Source: an uncultured Bacilli bacterium
GTDB lineage: Bacteria > Bacillota_I > Bacilli_A > RFN20 > DUOF01
Assembly: GCA_934101685.1 (NCBI GenBank)
Contig: CAKORZ010000001.1
Location: forward strand, 1-51,757
Length of the DNA: 51,757 nucleotides
Direction: 5' to 3'
This document shows positions 1-8,147 of the stretch, in pieces. Within the stretch, counting starts at the first letter, position 1, and each line of letters begins with the position of its first letter. Under the pieces are notes generated by a model. It saw only the letters and a list, made by a program, of their open reading frames with translations. It was not told the origin of the DNA and searched no databases. The translations under genes were made by a program, and so were the position numbers.

Positions 1-1
1 T

Positions 2-382
2 GATTGTGGATCATTTGAAAATGTAAGACATGAATTTATAGAAGATTACAAAGAATTCTATAAATTAGCTAAGAAGTATATTGAAAAAACAAAGCATTTA
101 ACTAAATTATCTAATGAATCATATAATTCTAATAATAAATACAATGATTATTATATTACATGTTTACCTTGGCTAGACTTTGCTAGTATGACACACCCAA
201 TACCAGATGACATACACTCATCAAGCGTTCCTAGAATTTGTTGGGGAAAATATCACCAAATAAACAATGAATACTATATAGATTTAAATATAACAGTTAG
301 TCATATATTTGTTGATGGGCTTGCATTATGCACAGTATTCAATAATATTCAAGACTTATTAATTAAGTGCAAATTTGAATAA
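2..382 (+). CDS. Chloramphenicol O-acetyltransferase (CAT) family protein, C-terminal part; 5' end outside window
   Basis: Frame 2 is open from the first base. The translation ...ITCLPWLDFASMTHP...WGKYHQ...ITVSHIFVDGLALC resembles the C-terminal block of type A CATs (PW.sFts ... mGKY ... vHHavcDG), with a His kept in SHIFVDG. A hairpin terminator follows. Confidence 0.7.
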   Translation, partial: DCGSFENVRHEFIEDYKEFYKLAKKYIEKTKHLTKLSNESYNSNNKYNDYYITCLPWLDFASMTHPIPDDIHSSSVPRICWGKYHQINNEYYIDLNITVSHIFVDGLALCTVFNNIQDLLIKCKFE

Positions 383-466
383 AATAGCAATTTATTAAAT
401 ATCACAATGATTAGGACTATATAAAACTTATAAAGTTTATATTAAAAACAAATTAAATATAAAAAA

Positions 467-495
467 AGAACGATTAAATCGTTCTTTATTTTTGT
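467..495. terminator. Bidirectional rho-independent terminator between convergent genes
   Basis: Stem agaacgat / atcgttct with loop taa. An A-run lies upstream and a T-rich run downstream, so it can serve both the CAT-like gene (+) and the 486..830 gene (-). Confidence 0.75.
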
Positions 496-830
496 ATTTT
501 TCTATCATCATCAATAGTATCAGATTGACTTTTGTAAAATTTTTCTACATCTTCTTTTGTAGATTTTTTTATGCTTATTTCAGGATTTTGGGTAGATTTA
601 AATTTTTCTTTTATACTATTTATTCTATCTATAGATATAAAATTTTCGTCTATTTTTTCTTCAATAATCTGATTTTTATTTAAGTTCAATTCTTTACTAT
701 CCTTAATTATAGTAGTTCGTTCTATATTAAGTTTTGTTTTTGTAGCCTTTGACTTAATTGCTTTAGTACTAAAATATAATAAAGCAATAAAAGCCAATGT
801 AGATACAAGAATCAAAGTAATCACTAGCAT
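486..830 (-). CDS. Hypothetical membrane-anchored protein (N-terminal TM helix, Lys/Glu/Asp-rich tail)
   Basis: 114-aa ORF. The hydrophobic N-terminus MLVITLILVSTLAFIALLYF is followed by a charged low-complexity tail. It starts 16 nt after the stop of the upstream gene and is the last gene before the hairpin terminator. The RBS is weak. Confidence 0.55.
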   Translation of the reverse strand: MLVITLILVSTLAFIALLYFSTKAIKSKATKTKLNIERTTIIKDSKELNLNKNQIIEEKIDENFISIDRINSIKEKFKSTQNPEISIKKSTKEDVEKFYKSQSDTIDDDRKIQK

Positions 831-846
831 ATTATATGATACCCTA

Positions 847-1959
847 CTATTTTACATTTTTAACTTGTAATTTATTTTCTATTATATCTTTAACTACTCC
901 ACTAACAGTATCTTTTAATGTTTTATCATCAATAGTTCCTTCATTAATTATTGTATTATATATTTCAGCAACTATTTTAGATTTAGCTGTAGGTGTTATT
1001 CTATATGTAACCTTAGTTTGTGTATTCTTTGCAACTTCTTCCACAATTTTCTTAAATTCTGCTGACTCAACATATTTATCAATACAATGTACAAACACTG
1101 TAACTATATCAGATTCAGTTAATCCACTTTTTTCCAAATCTTCAACTTTATCTTTTAAATCAACTAAATTCAATTTTTCTAGCATCTTCAAATCATAATC
1201 ATGTTCTTCTAGTTTAGTTTCAATATTTTTCATTTTATCATTTAGTTTTTTACTATTTTTCTTTAATCCTTCAATAGTTTCCATAACATAGCTCATATGA
1301 CTATTAACGCTAATATTTGAAATACTTTCATCTAAACCTGCTTCATACATTTCTGCATCATCCATAAATGATGACTTATTTTCTAATAGTTGTTTTTCTA
1401 ATACACGCAATTTTTTCTTTATTGATGCAAGTTGAGTAGTAATATTTGACTCTTCTATTCCAAAAAATTTATCTAATTTTTCTTCAGTTAATGATTTAAC
1501 ACTTAAGAATTTATCAATCTTTGTACATATAGAAGGAATAATTTTAGTATTAAAGTTTTCATTATTCATTAAGTCTTCAACGCTCTTGCCGTTTTTAAAT
1601 TGTTTTGTTGCAGCATTTGTTAAAATAGCAGATAAATAAGTTGCTTTTTCTTTATTTTTTCCTACTAATTTCTTAATACCTGGCTCACTCATTTTTTCTT
1701 TAACATATTGTTCAACGGTTTTAGTAGCAACTGTTTCAACTGGAGTCTCTTCAACTACTTTATCTTTATCCTCAGTTTTTACTGCTTCTCTTTCTTTTTC
1801 TCTAGACCTTGTGTGCTCTTCAGTTTCTTCTTTTTCTGAAGTTTTTACAGTTTCTGCTGTAGTATTAGTTTTATTTTTTGTTAATGCAGATGTCACTGTT
1901 CCTCCTAGAATACCTACAACAAATAATCCAGCAATTCCTATTAAAAGTATAGTTCCCAT
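847..1959 (-). CDS. Hypothetical membrane-anchored coiled-coil protein
   Basis: 370-aa ORF with an AGGAGG RBS 8 nt upstream. It has an N-terminal TM helix (ILLIGIAGLFVVGILGG), an E/K/T-rich linker, then long heptad-like Leu/Lys/Glu stretches. I recognise no family motif. Confidence 0.7.
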   Translation of the reverse strand: MGTILLIGIAGLFVVGILGGTVTSALTKNKTNTTAETVKTSEKEETEEHTRSREKEREAVKTEDKDKVVEETPVETVATKTVEQYVKEKMSEPGIKKLVGKNKEKATYLSAILTNAATKQFKNGKSVEDLMNNENFNTKIIPSICTKIDKFLSVKSLTEEKLDKFFGIEESNITTQLASIKKKLRVLEKQLLENKSSFMDDAEMYEAGLDESISNISVNSHMSYVMETIEGLKKNSKKLNDKMKNIETKLEEHDYDLKMLEKLNLVDLKDKVEDLEKSGLTESDIVTVFVHCIDKYVESAEFKKIVEEVAKNTQTKVTYRITPTAKSKIVAEIYNTIINEGTIDDKTLKDTVSGVVKDIIENKLQVKNVK

Positions 1960-1980
1960 AATATCGACCTCCTATTAATC

Positions 1981-2385
1981 TTATTTAGCACGTTTTTTAG
2001 TTTCTTCTTCTTTTTTTGTAGTTACAACCTTAACATCATCCAAAGGTGATACTTCTGAAAATGGAATACTTTCATTTGTAGCGTATTTGTCGTCTTTTGT
2101 ACGCTCTTTCTCTCTAACAGGCACAAGATCTTTAGTTCTTTGTTTAGATTTTTGAACATTTTCAGAGTTAGCTTTTCTTGCTTTTAATTTATCTATTAAT
2201 AATTTACCAAGTTGTCCACCACCAACTAAGCCACTAACTCCTACAGTAGCAATTACACTATCATCCAAAATTGTTATATCACCACTGACTAGATATGACA
2301 CTAAAGATGCAACACCTAATACTAAAAAAGTAATTAGTGTAGGCATAAATGACATTTTCTTTTTTGACTTTTGTTCGTTTTTCAT
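1981..2385 (-). CDS. Hypothetical membrane protein (TM helix plus Gly-rich amphipathic segment, basic tail)
   Basis: The track ORF runs to 2436, but a GAGGTG RBS precedes the ATG at 2385 (MKNEQKSKKK...). Hydrophobic segment PTLITFLVLGVASLVSYLV, then VGVSGLVGGGQLG, then a K/E/R-rich tail. Confidence 0.65.
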   Translation of the reverse strand: MKNEQKSKKKMSFMPTLITFLVLGVASLVSYLVSGDITILDDSVIATVGVSGLVGGGQLGKLLIDKLKARKANSENVQKSKQRTKDLVPVREKERTKDDKYATNESIPFSEVSPLDDVKVVTTKKEEETKKRAK

Positions 2386-2482
2386 AATAAACACCTCACA
2401 TAATTTTTCTATCATAATTATAACATTTACTAGCAAAATTTCAACTATATTTTTTCATAGAGCGTAATTTTCGTATATTATT

Positions 2483-2911
2483 TTATAAAACTAATGTAAA
2501 TGGGCCATCATTAACCAAGCAAACTTTCATGTCTGCCCCAAAAATTCCAGTAGATACATTAAATCCATTTTCCATCATTTTTTTATTAAATAATTCATAC
2601 AAATATATGGCTTTATCTTTTTTAGCTGCATTAGAAAATCCTGGTCTATTACTACTAGTGTCAGCACACAAAGTAAATTGTGATACCGATAAAATTTCAC
2701 CATTTACATCTTTTAGTGATAAATTGGTTTTATCATTCTCATCTTTAAAAACTCTTAACTTACATATTTTATCAGCCATTTTAATTACATCTTCTTCACT
2801 ATCATTTTCAAAAATACCAACTAATAAAAGATATCCCTTATTAATCTTTCCAACTATTTTACTACTAACTTCTACACTAGCTTTATTTACAACCTGAAGT
2901 ACAACCCTCAC
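2483..2911 (-). CDS. dtd: D-aminoacyl-tRNA deacylase
   Basis: Full-length resemblance to Dtd: ...VVNKASVEV..., SQFTLCADTSSNRPGFSNAA, and LVNDGPFTLVL at the C-terminus. The start is probably the GTG at 2911, 5 nt after AGGTGA. The track start at 2920 is the GTG inside that RBS. Confidence 0.93.
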   Translation of the reverse strand: MRVVLQVVNKASVEVSSKIVGKINKGYLLLVGIFENDSEEDVIKMADKICKLRVFKDENDKTNLSLKDVNGEILSVSQFTLCADTSSNRPGFSNAAKKDKAIYLYELFNKKMMENGFNVSTGIFGADMKVCLVNDGPFTLVL

Positions 2912-3014
2912 AATAATCACCTAAAATAAGTTTACTACAATCAAATTTATTTTCAATAAATAAATGACTATTTCAAACTTTACAATTATAATATATATGA
3001 TTGGATGTGAATTT

Positions 3015-4277
3015 ATGATTAAAGAACCTTTAGCATATAGATTAAGACCTACAACTTTAGATGAAGTATATGGGCAAGAACACTTAACAGATGAATTTGG
3101 TTTTATAAGAAAATGCATTGAAAGCAAAACTATTTTTTCAATGATTTTTTATGGTAATCCAGGATGTGGAAAAACAACACTTGCTACTATAATAGCAAAC
3201 AGTTTAAATTTACATTATAGATTTCTTAATGCAACAACTTCTAACAAAAAAGATATGGAAATTGTAATTGAAGAAGCAAAAATGTATGGACATTTAGTAG
3301 TAATAATTGATGAAGTACATCGTTTGAATAAAGATAAACAAGATTATCTTTTATCTTATATTGAAAGTGGAATAATAACTTTAATTGGTGCAACTACGGC
3401 TAACCCATACCATGCAATTAACCCAGCAATTAGGTCTAGATGTCATATATTAGAAATAAAACCATTAAATAAAGATGCTATCGTAAAAATATTAAAAAAT
3501 GCCTTAGTAAGTGAAAAAGGATTAAATAACATTTATTCATGTGATGATGAAGTATTAGATATCCTTGCTAGTAAGAGCAATGGAGATGTAAGATTTGCTT
3601 TAAATAATCTAGAAGTACTTTCTATAACATGCAAAAATAATACAATAACTATTGATGACTTAAAAAGAAATGTAAGAATACCTAATTATATGTTTGATAA
3701 AAACGAAGATGGCTATTATAACACTCTAAGTGCTTTTCAAAAATCAATAAGAGGTAGTGATGTAAATGCTGCACTATTTTATCTCGCTAGATTATGTGAG
3801 GCTGAAGATTTAACTTCTATTGAAAGAAGATTACTAGTAACTGCTTATGAAGATATAGGCCTAGCTAATCCTAATGCTGTAGATCGTGCTTATAATGCTA
3901 TAGAAACTGCTAAAAAAGTAGGATTCCCAGAAGCTGTTATTCCTCTTTCATTTGCCGTTATCGACTTAACACTATCTCCAAAATCAAAAAGTGCATGTTT
4001 ATCTATTAACAAAGCATTAGATTTATACAAACAAAAGCCTCTAGACATGCCTGATTATTTACATTTAACTCCAGTTGGATTAAAAGATAATCAAAAATAC
4101 CCATATGACAAAAGTGATGCATGGGTAAAAATTGCTTATATGCCACAGGGAATAAGAAAAGAAAAATTATATGAATACGCTACTAGCGGAAATTATGAAA
4201 AAGCTCTAGTAGACAATTATTTAAAATTATCAAAAATAGAAAGAACATATAATCTAGAAGAAATAAATAAAGATTAA
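3015..4277 (+). CDS. rarA: Replication-associated recombination protein A (AAA+ ATPase RarA/MgsA)
   Basis: N-terminus MIKEPLAYRLRPTTLDEVYGQEHL, Walker A GNPGCGKTTLA, Walker B VVIIDEVHR, and a C-terminal MgsA-type helical domain. The track ORF starts at 2964, but MIKEPLA (3015) matches the usual family N-terminus. Confidence 0.93.
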   Translation: MIKEPLAYRLRPTTLDEVYGQEHLTDEFGFIRKCIESKTIFSMIFYGNPGCGKTTLATIIANSLNLHYRFLNATTSNKKDMEIVIEEAKMYGHLVVIIDEVHRLNKDKQDYLLSYIESGIITLIGATTANPYHAINPAIRSRCHILEIKPLNKDAIVKILKNALVSEKGLNNIYSCDDEVLDILASKSNGDVRFALNNLEVLSITCKNNTITIDDLKRNVRIPNYMFDKNEDGYYNTLSAFQKSIRGSDVNAALFYLARLCEAEDLTSIERRLLVTAYEDIGLANPNAVDRAYNAIETAKKVGFPEAVIPLSFAVIDLTLSPKSKSACLSINKALDLYKQKPLDMPDYLHLTPVGLKDNQKYPYDKSDAWVKIAYMPQGIRKEKLYEYATSGNYEKALVDNYLKLSKIERTYNLEEINKD

Positions 4278-5620
4278 TTAACTGTTGGTCTAAATAATAT
4301 TTTCATAAATTGCTTAAAGTTAAAAGGAAGAAGTGGGTATAAATAAGGCATACCATATGTTTTTATTGCACCTAATAATACAATAAGCAATGTAAAACCT
4401 ATTAAAAATCCAACTGATCCAAATAACCCAACCATTAATATTAATAATAATTTAACTATTTTATTAGCTAAAGATAATTCATATGAAGGAGTAGCAAATC
4501 CTCCAATTGAAGAAATAGAACAATATAATAATATTTCTGATTGAAACAAACCTATATCAACCGCCATCTGCCCCAAAATTAAAGTAGCTATTAACCCCAT
4601 CGCACTAGATAAATGATTTGGTGTATGAATAGTTGCTATTCTAAGTAACTCTATAACTAACTCTACTATTATTATCTGAAGTAATACTGGTATTGGTGAT
4701 TCATTACTTAACTTAACAAAGATATTACTAGTGAATGTATCATTATTCAAAGTAAGCATCCATAAAGGAACTAGAAACACCGATATCAAAATGGCAAAAT
4801 ATCTAAGTAATCTTATAAAAGTACCAATACTAGGAACTTGCCTATATTCCTCTATATGCTTTGTATGCTCAAATAATGTAGTCGGAGTAATTATAACGCT
4901 TGATGAAGTATCAACAATAATAGCAATATGTCCCTTTAAAAGATGCGCTGCTACTATATCTGGTCTTTCACTATATCTTACAAGAGGAAATGGATTAAAG
5001 TTTTGCTTAAAGATTTTTTCTTCAAGTGCTCTATCTGACATAACTAATCCATCTATTTTAGTAGTGGTAATTTTTTCAATAATTTTCTTTAAACTACTTT
5101 TATTAACCCTATTATCCATATAAGCTACAACTACATCAGTTTTTGAATTTTCACCTACTTTAAATATTTCACATCTAAAGTTTTCACTTCTAATTCTTCT
5201 CCTAAGAAGTCCTACATTTGTAATAATATTTTCATTAAAACCATCTTTACTTCCTCTAATTGTCTTTTCTGTATCTGGTTCATCTATACTTCTACTAGGA
5301 TAGCTTCTAGTCTCTACAACATATATTTTTTCATCACAAAGCAAAACGCTCATTCCACTACTAACAGCTAAAAAAGCCTTATAAAGATCTTCTTGTAATT
5401 CAATAGATCCACTGCTAATCTGCTCTTCTATATATTTTTTATTACTCATAAGCATAAGTGAAACATTCATTTCATTTATTCTCTCTGAATTTGCTAAACT
5501 AGATAAAAAGTATAATATTATTTTATTATCTTTATTAACAACTCTTCTTATAACATCAAAATTGGTATCAATATTTAATAATTTAGCAAGTTTTCTATCT
5601 ATATCATTATAGTAGTTCAT
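4274..5620 (-). CDS. spoVAF: Stage V sporulation protein AF (GerA-family A-subunit-like membrane protein)
   Basis: GerA-family soluble domain (RSYPSRSIDEPDTEKTIRGSKDGFNENI, LLRRRIRS) followed by about 5 C-terminal TM helices. Its start overlaps the spoVAE stop by 4 nt, and it is the last gene of the spoVA array. Confidence 0.85.
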   Translation of the reverse strand: MNYYNDIDRKLAKLLNIDTNFDVIRRVVNKDNKIILYFLSSLANSERINEMNVSLMLMSNKKYIEEQISSGSIELQEDLYKAFLAVSSGMSVLLCDEKIYVVETRSYPSRSIDEPDTEKTIRGSKDGFNENIITNVGLLRRRIRSENFRCEIFKVGENSKTDVVVAYMDNRVNKSSLKKIIEKITTTKIDGLVMSDRALEEKIFKQNFNPFPLVRYSERPDIVAAHLLKGHIAIIVDTSSSVIITPTTLFEHTKHIEEYRQVPSIGTFIRLLRYFAILISVFLVPLWMLTLNNDTFTSNIFVKLSNESPIPVLLQIIIVELVIELLRIATIHTPNHLSSAMGLIATLILGQMAVDIGLFQSEILLYCSISSIGGFATPSYELSLANKIVKLLLILMVGLFGSVGFLIGFTLLIVLLGAIKTYGMPYLYPLLPFNFKQFMKILFRPTVN

Positions 5621-5970
5621 GATTTAGGTTTAAAAATTACTGCTACTAAAAAAGCAAATAAAATAGCACTAGTAATACCTGTAGCTGTCATATCAAACAA
5701 GCCTGATGCAACCCCTAGTATTCCCTTTCCATTTATCATAGATTCATTAGCAGCGTGCATTAAAGAATGCCCAAAACTAGTAATAGGTAAACTTGCTCCA
5801 ACCTTAGAAACTTTTAATAACTCATCATATATACCAAATAAATCTAAACATGCTCCAATAACAACAAATAAACTAGTAATATGCCCTGGTGTAAGTTTAG
5901 TGTTGTCATAAATTATTTGTCCAATCATGCAAATTGTTCCACAAACTAAAAATGATAGTAAATAACTCAT
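5617..5970 (-). CDS. spoVAE: Stage V sporulation protein AE (SpoVAEB-type)
   Basis: MSYLLSFLVCGTICMIGQIIYDNTKLTPGHITSLFVV is typical of SpoVAEB. There is a GGAGGTG RBS and an ATGA start/stop overlap with spoVAD. The track start at 6006 lies upstream, inside spoVAD. Confidence 0.88.
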   Translation of the reverse strand: MSYLLSFLVCGTICMIGQIIYDNTKLTPGHITSLFVVIGACLDLFGIYDELLKVSKVGASLPITSFGHSLMHAANESMINGKGILGVASGLFDMTATGITSAILFAFLVAVIFKPKS

Positions 5971-6959
5971 TCGCACACCTCCAAACTGACTGCATGTGCA
6001 ATACATGGTATAGTTTCTTTTTGTTGTATTAATGTAGGTGAAAGCAAAGCTCCTGTAGCAATTATTAAAACTCTTTTTAACTCTTTTTTATGCATTTTAT
6101 CTAAAATATAGCTATAACTAGTTAAAGCACAACAAGCACATCCACTTCCTCCTGCAAATACTTTTTGATTTTTTGTATCAAATAAAATTAATCCACAATC
6201 ATCATAATTCTTTAATTCAATATTATCTTTTTTAAATAATTCAATTATTACTTTTTTCCCATAAGTAGATAAATCTCCAGTTAAAATTAAATCATAATAA
6301 GAAGGATCCCTATTTAAATCTTTAAAATGTTGACTCATTGTCTTATAAGCAGCAGGTGCCATTGCAACTCCCATGTTATTAGCATCATTAAATTCATAAT
6401 CCACAACTTCACCAATAGTAGCACTAGTGACCATAATATCACTTTTTTCATTACTTACTATTATAGCTCCAGCACCAGTTGCGGTATATGTAGTAGTTTC
6501 TGGCTTTTGCACTCCATATTCTGTTGGATATCTATATTGTCTTTCAGCAGTAGCGTTATGAGATGAAGTAAAAGCCATTGCTCTTGAAGCATATCCTGCA
6601 TTAACATAACTTGATGCAAGTGCTAAAGTTAACATAGATGATGAACAAGCGCCAAATGTCCCAATAAGTGGTATTTTATAATCACGAGAAACATAAGAAC
6701 ATGAAGTAATTTGATTTAACAAATCTCCTCCAAACATAATATCAATGTCTTTTTCATATAATTTAGTCTTTTTAAAAACAGTATCTACTGCCTCTTTTAA
6801 CATCTTTTGTTCTGCTTGCTCAAAAGTCTTACACTCACAATATAAATCTTTATAAGTATTATCAAAATATTTACCTAAAGGACCTTCCTTTTCAATAGGA
6901 CCTGCAATAGTAGCGCTTCCTCTTACATAAACATCTTTAAAAATAAGTGAATTAAACAT
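5967..6959 (-). CDS. spoVAD: Stage V sporulation protein AD (thiolase/ketoacyl-synthase-like fold)
   Basis: 330 aa with an N-terminus of the ...VYVRGSATIAGPIEKEGPLGKYFD type and thiolase-like blocks. It sits between spoVAC and spoVAE, with a TAATG overlap to spoVAC. Confidence 0.92.
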   Translation of the reverse strand: MFNSLIFKDVYVRGSATIAGPIEKEGPLGKYFDNTYKDLYCECKTFEQAEQKMLKEAVDTVFKKTKLYEKDIDIMFGGDLLNQITSCSYVSRDYKIPLIGTFGACSSSMLTLALASSYVNAGYASRAMAFTSSHNATAERQYRYPTEYGVQKPETTTYTATGAGAIIVSNEKSDIMVTSATIGEVVDYEFNDANNMGVAMAPAAYKTMSQHFKDLNRDPSYYDLILTGDLSTYGKKVIIELFKKDNIELKNYDDCGLILFDTKNQKVFAGGSGCACCALTSYSYILDKMHKKELKRVLIIATGALLSPTLIQQKETIPCIAHAVSLEVCE

Positions 6960-7411
6960 TATAAAGTGCCTCCTAAAATATAAACAATATATCTTATGAT
7001 ACCTAAAATGTATGCACTAACTATTCCATAAGTAATAACACTCCCTGCTAACTTAAACATGTTAGAACCTATACCATAAATTAACCCTTCACTTTTACTC
7101 TCTAATGCACTTGAAGTTAAAGAGTTAGCAAATCCAGATATAGGTATAAATGTACCTGCACCTGTTTTTTGAGCTATTTTATCAAACACACCAAAACCAG
7201 TTAATAATGCTGTAATAAAAATAATAGAAACAAGCATTAATGAAATGGCATCCTTTGCTTCTACTTTCAATGCTAGTGTATACAAATCATAAAATCCTTG
7301 CCCTATAATAGCCACTATTCCTCCACTAATAAAAGCAATAACAGCTCTCCCTAACTTATCTTTCTTATTTTCTGTTTTTTTTACAATATCATTAAATCTT
7401 TGCTTATTCAT
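6959..7411 (-). CDS. spoVAC: Stage V sporulation protein AC
   Basis: ...AVIAFISGGIVAIIGQGFYDLY... plus 4 TM segments typical of SpoVAC. The ATG at 7411 has better spacing to the GGGGA RBS than the ATG at 7417. Confidence 0.92.
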   Translation of the reverse strand: MNKQRFNDIVKKTENKKDKLGRAVIAFISGGIVAIIGQGFYDLYTLALKVEAKDAISLMLVSIIFITALLTGFGVFDKIAQKTGAGTFIPISGFANSLTSSALESKSEGLIYGIGSNMFKLAGSVITYGIVSAYILGIIRYIVYILGGTL

Positions 7412-7460
7412 ATTCATTCCCCATTCTTTATTATTATTTGTAAGAATGAATATTTGATAC

Positions 7461-8147
7461 TTATACTAATTTAAAAATAAAATATAAAACTAATAAATGA
7501 ATTGGATAAAAAGTATAAAATAAATATTTCAAATTATATTTACCTTTCTTGTCACTATACAAAGATATAAATAACATTGGTAAAAATAGTCCAATATTTA
7601 CTATTAACCAAACTATATTTTTATATATTAAAGTATTAATTGTAATATAACTGATACACAAAAGAGCATAGACAGTATAAGCATACTTTCTTTCATTTAT
7701 AAGATAGAATACTAAGCTAATAAGAATGCCTATTACTCCCCAATCACAGAAATAACTTAGTATAAGACATAAAAACATAAGACTATATTTAATAAGTTTT
7801 TTATCACATTTATCAAATATCAAAATAGTTAAAAAAGATAAAAACAAAGTAAATATTACATTATAATTACTAAATAAAAATATTTTACCACTTATAAACA
7901 AAGAATAAGGGATTTGAGAAATTAAAGCAAATGTTAATAATCTAAGTCCATACTTCTTCTTATTACTTGTATATTTATATCCATTTGCTATACCAAAAAA
8001 CATAATAGGTGCGCATATTCTTCCTATTATTCTAAAAATATAATACAAAAAATTATTTGTTTTAATAAACAAGTACGCTATATGATCTAATAACATAGAT
8101 AATACAGCAATAATTTTTAAAGAGTTGTTATTTAATATTTTTTTCAT
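7461..8147 (-). CDS. TraX family integral membrane protein
   Basis: The N-terminal signature LKIIAVLSMLLDHIAYLF and a polytopic hydrophobic profile match the TraX family. The ATG at 8147 is preceded by GGTGA. It overlaps the helD 3' end by 20 nt. Confidence 0.8.
   Translation of the reverse strand: MKKILNNNSLKIIAVLSMLLDHIAYLFIKTNNFLYYIFRIIGRICAPIMFFGIANGYKYTSNKKKYGLRLLTFALISQIPYSLFISGKIFLFSNYNVIFTLFLSFLTILIFDKCDKKLIKYSLMFLCLILSYFCDWGVIGILISLVFYLINERKYAYTVYALLCISYITINTLIYKNIVWLIVNIGLFLPMLFISLYSDKKGKYNLKYLFYTFYPIHLLVLYFIFKLV

Noticed and set aside
7412-7470. Possible forespore (sigma-G/F) promoter in front of spoVAC, from GTATA and CATTCTT strings.
   Set aside because: The spacing (13 nt) and the last -10 position do not fit GHATR-17/18 nt-CATXHTA. 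The real promoter may lie within or upstream of the TraX-family gene.
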